DNA from: Candidatus Saccharimonadota bacterium
Lineage (GTDB): Bacteria > Patescibacteriota > Saccharimonadia > Saccharimonadales > Saccharimonadaceae
Assembly (NCBI GenBank): GCA_023898645.1
Contig: CP060232.1
Coordinates: forward strand, 480,001 to 512,000
Direction: 5' to 3'
Length of the DNA stretch: 32,000 nucleotides
Shown here: in pieces, positions 17,441 to 25,338 of the stretch
Position numbering within the stretch: the first letter of the stretch is position 1
Layout: every line of letters starts with the position of its first letter
Translations under genes and position numbers: made by a program
The notes under the pieces: model-generated
The model's input: only the letters and a program-made list of their open reading frames with translations
Told to the model about the DNA's origin: nothing
Database searches by the model: none

Positions 17441-18337
17441 ATGAAAAAACCAACCAAAGCAATCATAGCCGCGGCGGGCTTCGGTACGAGGTTTTTGCCA
17501 CAAACTAAGGCTATGCCTAAGGAGATGCTTCCACTCATTGATAAGCCGATTATTCAGTATGTAGTAGAGGAACTTGTAGAGGCTGGGATCAAAGATATTA
17601 TCATTGTCGGAAGCAGTAACAAGCGCGCTATAGAAGACCATTTTGACGTACCGAGCGAGGACTTGCTTGCTAATTTGCGTGCCGGCGGCCCAAAGAAACA
17701 GCCGTTTATAGATATTTTGAACGGTGTATCTAATCTGGCGAACTTTATTTACATTCGACAAAAAGGTCCTTATGGCAATGCCACGCCACTTGCTTGCGCA
17801 AGCCATTTAATTTCAGAGGATGAGCCATTTATTTATACCTTTGCTGACGATTTTATCGTTGCATCTCCAAGCCGATTCAAACAAATGATTGATATATATA
17901 CAGAACACAACAAGCCGGTACTAACCTGTAAAACTGTCGTTGATGATGAAGAGTACGATCGCTACGGTATTGTCGCGGGAGATGAGCTGAGTGAAGGGCT
18001 AATAAAAATGTCGCATATCGTTGAGAAACCTGGCAAAATGAACACACCGTCGAATCTTGCATCAGTCAGTAGTTATTTGCTGACAGGAAAGATTTTTGAT
18101 TACATTGAGAATGCTCAAAATACGTATGATGGAAAAGACGAATTTCTTTTACAACCAATTATGCAGCAGATGATAGATGAGGGCTATGAGTACCTGGCAT
18201 GCGCAATCAAAGACGGTACTTATTATGATACCGGTAACAAGCTTGAATACATTAAAACAGTGATTGACTTCGGTTTACGACATGAAGATATGAGCGACGC
18301 ATTGCGCGATTATCTAGTAGGCAGACTTAAGCAATAA
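17441..18337 (+). CDS. galU: UTP--glucose-1-phosphate uridylyltransferase
   Basis: 298 aa. It shows AAGFGTRFLPQTKAMPKEMLPLIDKPIIQYVVEE and VEKP. SD AGGGAGAGG lies upstream. Confidence 0.9.
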   Translation: MKKPTKAIIAAAGFGTRFLPQTKAMPKEMLPLIDKPIIQYVVEELVEAGIKDIIIVGSSNKRAIEDHFDVPSEDLLANLRAGGPKKQPFIDILNGVSNLANFIYIRQKGPYGNATPLACASHLISEDEPFIYTFADDFIVASPSRFKQMIDIYTEHNKPVLTCKTVVDDEEYDRYGIVAGDELSEGLIKMSHIVEKPGKMNTPSNLASVSSYLLTGKIFDYIENAQNTYDGKDEFLLQPIMQQMIDEGYEYLACAIKDGTYYDTGNKLEYIKTVIDFGLRHEDMSDALRDYLVGRLKQ

Positions 18338-18340
18338 CCA

Positions 18341-18349
18341 TGCTATACT
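18341..18349 (+). promoter_or_regulatory. Extended -10 box TGcTATACT, 6 nt upstream of ATG 18356
   Basis: Read directly from the sequence. There is no SD. Confidence 0.5.
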
Positions 18350-18355
18350 AAAGTT

Positions 18356-18607
18356 ATGGACTGGGCATACGTTCTCGTTATCATCCTAGCAATCTTCCTA
18401 GCAGCTTTTTTGATACTGGGTATCATTTTAGTCGTCCTTTTAATCCGTGTAACGATGCAGATTAAATCTGTTACTGAATCGGCCAAGCGCACCTCTGATG
18501 CCGTCGAAGGATTCGTTACTGGTGCTCGCCGTATGCGCGATGTAAAACTACTGCTGAATACTGTCATGGAGCAGGCAACGAAATTCAAAAAACGAAAGGA
18601 TAAATGA
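18356..18607 (+). CDS. Small membrane protein, DUF948/YtxG-like (tentative)
   Basis: 83 aa with an N-terminal TM segment followed by a charged helix. It lies immediately upstream of, and overlaps (ATGA), a YtxH-like gene, as in the ytxG-ytxH arrangement. Confidence 0.5.
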   Translation: MDWAYVLVIILAIFLAAFLILGIILVVLLIRVTMQIKSVTESAKRTSDAVEGFVTGARRMRDVKLLLNTVMEQATKFKKRKDK

Positions 18608-18807
18608 TGGGTAAGAAAATAGCACTAGGAGCAATCGTTGGAGCAGTTGCTGGTGTTGTGGCGGGTGTTTTAGTCGCACCAAAAAGCGGCAAGCAAACCC
18701 GGAGTGACATCAAAAAGACTGCTAAGGATTTGAAAAAAAAGACTTCAAAAGCACCTGCTAAGAAAAAAACTTCTGCGAAATCCACGAAATCAAAGTCTAA
18801 GAAATAA
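18604..18807 (+). CDS. YtxH-like small membrane protein
   Basis: 67 aa. GAIVGAVAGVVAGVLVAPKSGKQTRSDIKK matches the YtxH-domain pattern, and the tail is Lys-rich. Confidence 0.65.
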   Translation: MMGKKIALGAIVGAVAGVVAGVLVAPKSGKQTRSDIKKTAKDLKKKTSKAPAKKKTSAKSTKSKSKK

Positions 18808-18809
18808 TC

Positions 18810-19091
18810 ATGTCTGACAAATCCCCCTTACACAAAGCTACTCGTGATCAACGCATGGGCGCTCGACGCGCGCTTCTTGAGGAATTGTTTAACGATTTTT
18901 ATGATGACCGAAGGCACATCTACCGCATGAATTTCTTTCGAGGTATATTCTTCGGTCTGGGAAGTGTGTTAGGCGGTACGGTTGTTGTTGCTCTTGTGGT
19001 CTGGCTGCTGAGTTTATTTGTACAAATACCTGGTATCGGTGATGCTGCGCAACAGGCGCAGAGTACGCTTGAATCACACCAGAGTAAATAA
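18810..19091 (+). CDS. Small membrane protein (93 aa), function unknown
   Basis: It has one TM segment (FFRGIFFGLGSVLGGTVVVALVVWLLSLF) and is the third gene of the small-membrane-protein trio. Confidence 0.55.
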   Translation: MSDKSPLHKATRDQRMGARRALLEELFNDFYDDRRHIYRMNFFRGIFFGLGSVLGGTVVVALVVWLLSLFVQIPGIGDAAQQAQSTLESHQSK

Positions 19092-19095
19092 CGCT

Positions 19096-19692
19096 CTATT
19101 CAGTTATTCGTTTTGCGACTTCTTGTTCAAGCAGCTCCGCAAGTTTTTTCATCCCGCCCTCTGTTGGATTGGTGGATCCGTTTTTCAGTGCTTGCATGTA
19201 ATTTTTTAATCTTTCCACAATCGTTGGCACGTATTCTTCTGACAGCTCATCGATAGAATCGCTCGGAGGTGTTGTGATGTATAGTTCTTCGCGCTGGAAT
19301 GATCGTCGGTAGTTTATGTCTATTTCGTCATTTTGAAAGTAGATTGCGTTGAAGGCGCGTTGACCGACAATTCGTTGCCAGTTACTGAACTTCTCAGGGT
19401 CACCTTCGAGCAAGTTGTATTTAAGATAGGTTTCTTCGTAAATATCAAACAGCGGATCTTCAGATTGATCATATCGATACTGGACGACCGGACAAAGTTC
19501 ATCGGGGGAGACGCCGTATTCATTTTCAATGTCAATCTCCTCGAGAAAATCCTCAACTTCATAGGTGGCGCTGACAGCAAGTCGTTTCATAGCGTCGATG
19601 ACACGTTCTAGGCGCGCGCGTGTTTCAGGTGTCGGCTCGCCGAAGTCTGACGGGTCGAGGTTTTCAAAATCTGATCCCTCGAAATTAGTCAT
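19096..19692 (-). CDS. Hypothetical acidic protein (199 aa)
   Basis: I chose the start at ATG 19692 (MTNFEGSDFENL...) because TGgTACTAT lies 9 nt upstream. The longer track ORF would run through the dnaE promoter and start. I recognise no domain. Confidence 0.65.
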   Translation of the reverse strand: MTNFEGSDFENLDPSDFGEPTPETRARLERVIDAMKRLAVSATYEVEDFLEEIDIENEYGVSPDELCPVVQYRYDQSEDPLFDIYEETYLKYNLLEGDPEKFSNWQRIVGQRAFNAIYFQNDEIDINYRRSFQREELYITTPPSDSIDELSEEYVPTIVERLKNYMQALKNGSTNPTEGGMKKLAELLEQEVAKRITE

Positions 19693-19701
19693 ATTGTGCC
19701 T

Positions 19702-19710
19702 ATAGTACCA
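19702..19710 (-). promoter_or_regulatory. Extended -10 box TGgTACTAT (minus strand), 9 nt upstream of ATG 19692
   Basis: The reverse complement of atagtacca gives the box. Confidence 0.45.
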
Positions 19711-19787
19711 TAAGAAGCATGATTGAGAAAAGGCGAAGTCATCATATATTTTTCTATCACTTTTAGCCCAAAAGAAATAGGGATAAG

Positions 19788-19796
19788 TGCTATAAT
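19788..19796 (+). promoter_or_regulatory. Extended -10 box TGcTATAAT, 10 nt upstream of the dnaE ATG at 19807
   Basis: Read directly from the sequence. It supports the shorter dnaE start. Confidence 0.55.
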
Positions 19797-19806
19797 ACAA
19801 ACAGTT

Positions 19807-22800
19807 ATGGGGGAGAAAAAAACAAACACCAACGATGCTTCTTTGGAAGTCTCTGATTACGTGCATTTGCATAATCACACGCATCACTCTTTGTTGGACG
19901 GCTTGACTAAGGTTCCAAATCTAGTGAATAGAGTCAAAGAGCTAGGTATGCAATCTGTTGCCATTACGGACCACGGAACTATGAGTGGAACGATTGAGTT
20001 TTACAAGGCGGCAACGGCTGCTGGCATAAAGCCAATTATAGGCATGGAAGCATATGTAGCGGCCAGGTCGCATCAAGACAGAGATCCGCAAAAAGACAAG
20101 GCAAGGTATCACTTGATTTTGCTTGCCATGAACGATACGGGCTACAGAAACTTAATGCAGTTGAGTACTATAGCGAACTTGGACGGCTTCTACTATAAGC
20201 CACGTATCGACCATGAATTACTAGAAAAATACGGAGAAGGTTTAATAGTACTGAGTGGTTGCGCCAGCAGCGAGTTGGGTGAGCAACTAAGAATAGACAA
20301 CTATGAAGAAGCAAAAAAGATTGCTAAATGGTACAAGTCGGTATTCGGCGATAGATATTACTTAGAACTGCAAGATCACGGACACTTGGAGAATCCTTCG
20401 AAATGGGAAGTGCAAGTCGGCATTAATACACATTTGGAAAAGTTAGCCAAAGAGTTAGATATACCGTGTGTCGTGACAAGCGATGGTCATTACTTAAGTC
20501 ACGATTATCAAGAGGCGCACGAAATATTACTTTGCGTTGGTACGGGCGCATATCTTTCGGATGCCAATCGTATGAGTCTCAAGGATTTTGAGTTACACGT
20601 TACTGAACCTGATGAAATCATAAAACGCTGGAAAGAAACTAATCCTGAGGCAGTTCGCAACACGAAGAGGATAGCCGACAGATGTGACGTGACGATTGAA
20701 TTAGGTAAAATTTTAATACCAAAGTTTCCGGTACCCAAGGGTGAAGATGAAAAGTCGTATCTGCATAAACTTGTGTGGCGTGGATTGGCTTGGCGCTACG
20801 GCGGCGTCACCCTTGAGAAGTCTGAAAAACTTTCCGTAGACGAAGCAAGAAAGTTGCTTAGCGAAAAAGTAGTGAAGCAGGCTGATTACGAGCTTGGAAT
20901 CATGGATCAGATGGGCTACAACGGGTATTTTTTGATTGTGCAAGACTTTATGATTTGGGGCAAGAACCGCGGTATTATTTTTGGGCCTGGGCGCGGTAGT
21001 GCTGCTGGCTCAATTGTTGCATATTCGTTACGTATCACTGAAATCGACCCAATTCGGTATGATTTGATGTTTGAACGATTCCTCAACCCAAGTCGTATCA
21101 GTATGCCCGACATCGACATCGACATCCAAGACACGCGTCGTGACGAAGTGATTCAGTATTGTGCGGAAAAATACGGCGATAGTCGCGTAGCAAACATCGT
21201 AACATTCGGCACCATGGCGGCTCGCGCTGCTGTACGCGACGTAGCTCGTGTACTTGAAGTGCCATATGCTGACGCTGACCGTCTGAGTAAGATGATTCCC
21301 GCCCCGGTGCAGGGCCGTCACATACCACTGAGTCAGTCAATTAAAGATGATCCTGATTTAAAGGCTGAGTACGAATCTAACCCAGTATCTAAGCGAGTGA
21401 TTGATTTTGCTACTCGCCTAGAGGGTACGATTCGTAGTCATGGTGTGCATGCCGCAGGTGTGGTGATTGCACCAGACGACATCGTGAAATACGCGCCCCT
21501 TGAAATGGCGCAAAAGGGCGTAGTGACTACCCAGTATCCAATGGGACCAATCGAAGAGTTAGGGCTACTCAAGATGGACTTTCTTGGTCTTTCAAACTTG
21601 TCGATTATCAACAACACGCTGCGTATTATCCGCAAGGTGTATGAGACAGAGATTGACTTAGCGTCGATTCCAATCGACGACCAAAAGACGTTTGAATTGT
21701 TGCAGCGGGCCGACACAACCGGCGTGTTCCAGTTGGAATCTGCCGGGATGAAACGCTACTTGCGTGAACTTAAGCCAACGCTGTTTGAAGATATCATCGC
21801 CATGGGCGCGCTATATCGTCCAGGACCAATGGCCGAAATACCGAGGTTCATTGAAGGTAAGAACAATCCATCATCTATTACGTATTTACACGAATCGCTT
21901 GAGCCGATTCTTGGCGACACATACGGCGTGATGGTGTATCAGGAGCAGGTAATTAAGCTACTGCAGATGGTTGCTGGCTATACGCCGGGCGAAGCCGACC
22001 TGGTGCGCAAAGCGATTGGTAAAAAGAAGCGCGACATCATGGAGGCTGAAGAGCCAAAGTTTATCGAGGGGTGCGTAAAGCAAGGACTGACGAAAGAAAG
22101 TGCCGAGCAACTGTGGGCACAGATACAACCGTTTGCCGACTATTCGTTTAACAAGGCGCACGCAACTTGCTACGCGCAAATTAGTTACTGGACAGCGTAC
22201 TTGAAGGCTCACTACCCAGACGCATTTATGGCCGCGCTTATGACGAGCGACGAAGACGACATAGATCGCTTGGCGATTGAAATTGCCGAGTCTCAGCGTA
22301 TGGGCATCAAAGTGCTGCCTCCGGACGTGAATGAGTCGTTTGTGGAGTTTGCCGTGGTAAAGGGCAAGAGCCAGATTCGTTTTGGTATGGCGGCAGTCAA
22401 GGGAGTGGGCGTGGGTGCGGTTGAAGAAATTTTGCGTGCTCGAAGTGATGGTAAGTTTGCGAGTGTCGTGGATTTTGCCAAACGGGTCAATGTGCAGAAA
22501 TTTAACAAAAAGGCTTGGGAATCACTCATAAAAACAGGAGGATTTGATCAGCTCGCAGATCGTTCTGATTTACTATTTAATCTTGAATCGATTCAGGGGT
22601 TTGCAAGCAAACTGCAAAAGGAGGCCTCTAGTGGACAGACAGACCTCTTTGGGCTACTTGGTGAATCGTCGGAAAGTGTTATGCCATCAATCAGTCTTCA
22701 GCCTTCGCCTACGAAGCATACCGAAAAAGAGCGACTGATGTGGGAGCGTGAATTGATGGGGCTGTATATTAGTGCGCATCCGTTGGATGAGTATGCGCAG

Positions 22801-23505
22801 TATTTCGCAGAGCAGACGGTGCCGCTTAGTACACTAACAAAGGCAAATGATGAACATAAAGCGATTGTCGGTGGTCTGATTAGTACGATGCGTACAATCA
22901 TAACAAAAAGTGGGACGAAAATGGCATTTATTGGACTCGAGGACAAGACGGGCGAGACAGAGGTGATTGTATTTCCGAAATTATTCCAACAGATTGGCGA
23001 ACAGTTGAAACAGGATGTCGCGGTCCGTATTGAGGGCACAATAAGTGCACGCGATCGCGAGGGCAATTTGATGGACGACATTAAGGTTATTGCGGATAAT
23101 ATCATGATTGTAACCGACCAGGAGCTTCGTGATTATCAATCGACAGGCGGTGGACCATTGAAGGCACGAGCAGGGTCTGTGACGACAACAAAGCGATCAT
23201 TCTCGCGCAAGCAAACAAGTCTACCATCGACAGAGTCGTATGCTACGCCCAGTGTGCGAACTGCGACTGTTGCTGCAGCGACCCCTAAGCAAGTATATGT
23301 AAATGTAAAAAATCCAGACGACCATACAGTCTTGGAACAACTAAAAAAAACGTGCAGTAGACATCCAGGTGTCGACACGATCATTTTAGTATTGGGCGAC
23401 GAAAACAAGTCTGCTATTAAGTTGCCTTTTGCAGTTGATGTCGGAGATACTCTGACAGGTGAACTAGGGAAGTTGCTTGGTGAGGATGCTGTCGTCGTAA
23501 AATAG
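19807..23505 (+). CDS. dnaE: DNA polymerase III alpha subunit
   Basis: It shows the PHP motif HLHNHTHHSLLDG, polymerase core motifs (GPGRGSAAGS, MPDIDIDI, FNKAHA) and an OB fold. The start is set at ATG 19807, with TGcTATAAT 10 nt upstream. 1232 aa. Confidence 0.95.
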   Translation: MGEKKTNTNDASLEVSDYVHLHNHTHHSLLDGLTKVPNLVNRVKELGMQSVAITDHGTMSGTIEFYKAATAAGIKPIIGMEAYVAARSHQDRDPQKDKARYHLILLAMNDTGYRNLMQLSTIANLDGFYYKPRIDHELLEKYGEGLIVLSGCASSELGEQLRIDNYEEAKKIAKWYKSVFGDRYYLELQDHGHLENPSKWEVQVGINTHLEKLAKELDIPCVVTSDGHYLSHDYQEAHEILLCVGTGAYLSDANRMSLKDFELHVTEPDEIIKRWKETNPEAVRNTKRIADRCDVTIELGKILIPKFPVPKGEDEKSYLHKLVWRGLAWRYGGVTLEKSEKLSVDEARKLLSEKVVKQADYELGIMDQMGYNGYFLIVQDFMIWGKNRGIIFGPGRGSAAGSIVAYSLRITEIDPIRYDLMFERFLNPSRISMPDIDIDIQDTRRDEVIQYCAEKYGDSRVANIVTFGTMAARAAVRDVARVLEVPYADADRLSKMIPAPVQGRHIPLSQSIKDDPDLKAEYESNPVSKRVIDFATRLEGTIRSHGVHAAGVVIAPDDIVKYAPLEMAQKGVVTTQYPMGPIEELGLLKMDFLGLSNLSIINNTLRIIRKVYETEIDLASIPIDDQKTFELLQRADTTGVFQLESAGMKRYLRELKPTLFEDIIAMGALYRPGPMAEIPRFIEGKNNPSSITYLHESLEPILGDTYGVMVYQEQVIKLLQMVAGYTPGEADLVRKAIGKKKRDIMEAEEPKFIEGCVKQGLTKESAEQLWAQIQPFADYSFNKAHATCYAQISYWTAYLKAHYPDAFMAALMTSDEDDIDRLAIEIAESQRMGIKVLPPDVNESFVEFAVVKGKSQIRFGMAAVKGVGVGAVEEILRARSDGKFASVVDFAKRVNVQKFNKKAWESLIKTGGFDQLADRSDLLFNLESIQGFASKLQKEASSGQTDLFGLLGESSESVMPSISLQPSPTKHTEKERLMWERELMGLYISAHPLDEYAQYFAEQTVPLSTLTKANDEHKAIVGGLISTMRTIITKSGTKMAFIGLEDKTGETEVIVFPKLFQQIGEQLKQDVAVRIEGTISARDREGNLMDDIKVIADNIMIVTDQELRDYQSTGGGPLKARAGSVTTTKRSFSRKQTSLPSTESYATPSVRTATVAAATPKQVYVNVKNPDDHTVLEQLKKTCSRHPGVDTIILVLGDENKSAIKLPFAVDVGDTLTGELGKLLGEDAVVVK

Positions 23506-23549
23506 CGGCTATTTTAGTGATACTATTGTGGTGAAAAGAAGGAGAAGTT

Positions 23550-23846
23550 ATGAGTGAAAGAATTCAGAGACAGAACGAGAGAGAAATAAACAAAGATTTT
23601 TATGAGGTGCGAATTCAATATGGTGATTATGAGGGCGTTGCGCAGCTAGTCGATAATAATGAGCAGGGCGGGTACAGGTGGCAAATTTCGATACTTGCAC
23701 GTGATACGCGCCAATTGATCTGCTATTGGGACGGTGCTGAGATAGATGGCGATGGCTCGATAGCGGTGTCGCTTGATGATATCAAGCGTGCTCAGGATGA
23801 TATAGCGGAGGCAATCCAATCATTGGCATGGGAGCCATATAAATAG
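23550..23846 (+). CDS. Hypothetical protein (98 aa)
   Basis: A strong SD AAGGAG lies 5 nt before the ATG. I recognise no domain. Confidence 0.65.
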   Translation: MSERIQRQNEREINKDFYEVRIQYGDYEGVAQLVDNNEQGGYRWQISILARDTRQLICYWDGAEIDGDGSIAVSLDDIKRAQDDIAEAIQSLAWEPYK

Positions 23847-23857
23847 GAGGCAGCAGT

Positions 23858-24808
23858 ATGGAACGACCAAATGGAAGAATCGAACAGGCACAGGATGAAT
23901 ACGATTACGAAATGACTCAATTGCAGTCTGATACGATTGCTCTTGCGGATGAATTACTAAAGCGTAAGCCAGAGAACTCGCCGTTGACTTTTGTCGATAT
24001 CTGCCTAGAGGGTGATAGTAGTGAACTGCTGGAAGAGTTGCGCCAGAGTCCATTGAGTGATCTACTGAGTGCGCTTAACGAGCAGCTTGCCATTGAGTCT
24101 GACGGCAGCTACTATCCAGTGCTTGACGTGCGCAAAGAAAACGGAACACTTACTGGAATAGGTCTGCGCGTTTTGGGCTGGGATGAGGATAAGATTCGTT
24201 GGGTTAATCCAAATAGGACATCTCGTGAATACAAGAGATATCCTGGCCAAAAGGATAAAATGCGAGAAATCGAGATAGGAATAAGTTATCGTATCGGCGA
24301 AGAGACGGTCGTAGAAACACTGAGCCTTCATTGTGCGACGCATACTCGAGGGTACGCAAGTATATCTTCGAGACTTTATATGCCGGCATACGCAGAGACG
24401 GGTTATGAAGGGCATGGAGGAAAAAGTCGAGGTCGAACTAGCGAAGAAGATGTGTATTGGTTCCTTGATTTTGTCGCCCGTCATGTCGGTGACCAACCGA
24501 AAAGTATTGGAGAATTGCAAGCAGAGCAAATTCAAACAATACGATCAAACGCCGAGAGGTACGGTGTGCTCGAAAGTGTCGACAAGCTCATAAGTGACAC
24601 CTGGAATGCGCAAGCGCTTTACCTGATGAATCTCCCTTGCCGGTTACTCGATGGCAATATATCAATCGCTAAGGGTCTAGAGTCGGCAGACGTAGCTGTA
24701 CGAGCTGGCGAAGCAGCTCGGCTACTGGCAAAGCAGTACAAAAAGAAACGTATGGACCCGTCGGCGGGTGGTGAATGGATTGTTAGCCGACGCTACGGGG
24801 ATAACTAA
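23858..24808 (+). CDS. Hypothetical protein (316 aa)
   Basis: A strong SD AGGAGG lies 7 nt before the ATG, 11 nt after the previous stop. I recognise no domain. The 3' end overlaps the convergent methyltransferase gene by 26 nt. Confidence 0.7.
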   Translation: MERPNGRIEQAQDEYDYEMTQLQSDTIALADELLKRKPENSPLTFVDICLEGDSSELLEELRQSPLSDLLSALNEQLAIESDGSYYPVLDVRKENGTLTGIGLRVLGWDEDKIRWVNPNRTSREYKRYPGQKDKMREIEIGISYRIGEETVVETLSLHCATHTRGYASISSRLYMPAYAETGYEGHGGKSRGRTSEEDVYWFLDFVARHVGDQPKSIGELQAEQIQTIRSNAERYGVLESVDKLISDTWNAQALYLMNLPCRLLDGNISIAKGLESADVAVRAGEAARLLAKQYKKKRMDPSAGGEWIVSRRYGDN

Positions 24809-25283
24809 GCCCATAGAGCGCGATACCCGTTGCAACGCTGACATTAAACGATTCTTTTTTGCCGTTCATTGGTATTTCAATCAAATCATCGCACATTGAG
24901 CGTAGTTCTGGCGTGAGTCCTTCGACCTCCTCGCCTAGTAGGAGGGCGACTTTGTTGGGTACTACGTAGTCTGATAGCACGATCGATCGTTCGTCTTGCT
25001 CGAGGCCGACGATTTTATAGCCAGCATCTTTGAGTGCTGCGAGGTCGGGTGTATCCTGATATTCAAATGGCACCATTTCTTCTGCACCGAGAGCGGTTTT
25101 GTGAATCTGACTAGTTAGTTTTGTCGTAATATGGGGCAATCTTGAATCGTTAGGGATATTGGGATACGGCGAATAGCCACTAATGATTATTTTTGCAACA
25201 CCAAAGCCTTCGCATGTACGAAAAATTGCACCAATATTGTGAGTTGAGCGTATATTGTGGGCGATAACGATGATATCAGACAT
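24783..25283 (-). CDS. SpoU/TrmH-family RNA 2'-O-methyltransferase (catalytic domain only)
   Basis: 166 aa. HNIGAIFRTCEGFGV, LLLGEEVEGL and IPMNGKKESFNVSVATGIALY are SPOUT-class motifs. Confidence 0.85.
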   Translation of the reverse strand: MSDIIVIAHNIRSTHNIGAIFRTCEGFGVAKIIISGYSPYPNIPNDSRLPHITTKLTSQIHKTALGAEEMVPFEYQDTPDLAALKDAGYKIVGLEQDERSIVLSDYVVPNKVALLLGEEVEGLTPELRSMCDDLIEIPMNGKKESFNVSVATGIALYGLSYPRSVG

Positions 25284-25289
25284 ACTACT

Positions 25290-25298
25290 AGTCTAACA
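25290..25298 (-). promoter_or_regulatory. Extended -10 box TGtTAGACT (minus strand), 6 nt upstream of ATG 25283
   Basis: The reverse complement of agtctaaca gives the box. Confidence 0.45.
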
Positions 25299-25319
25299 CT
25301 GTTAAACACATAAGCTTTT

Positions 25320-25328
25320 TGGTATTAT
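25320..25328 (+). promoter_or_regulatory. Extended -10 box TGgTATTAT, 10 nt upstream of the pilB ATG at 25339
   Basis: Read directly from the sequence. There is no SD. Confidence 0.5.
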
Positions 25329-25338
25329 CATAAGTACT

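Noticed and set aside
19723-19806. The tracked dnaE start at 19723 adds 28 aa (MRKGEVIIYFSITFSPKEIG...).
   Set aside because: The TGcTATAAT box at 19788-19796 lies inside this extension. The PHP domain begins shortly after ATG 19807, and the start at 19723 is a non-ATG codon.
19693-19887. The tracked 263-aa version of the minus-strand ORF extends to 19887.
   Set aside because: The extension (MMRVIMQMHVIRDFQRSIVGVCFF...) looks non-protein-like. It runs through the dnaE promoter and the first 27 dnaE codons. ATG 19692 has its own TGgTACTAT box 9 nt upstream.
23130-23505. The ~120-aa C-terminal tail of DnaE beyond the OB fold as a possible novel extension.
   Set aside because: The tail (...VYVNVKNPDDHTVLEQLKKTCSRHPGVDTIILVLGDE...) resembles, from memory, the usual C-terminal domain of DnaE1-type polymerases (the ...hPG...v.l.l pattern). 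I judged it not unusual, though I did not verify this.
24062-24535. A 157-aa antisense ORF inside the unknown 316-aa gene, which could be the real gene instead.
   Set aside because: The plus-strand ORF is twice as long and has an AGGAGG SD at ideal spacing. The minus-strand product is Cys/Phe/Ser-rich with no start signals.
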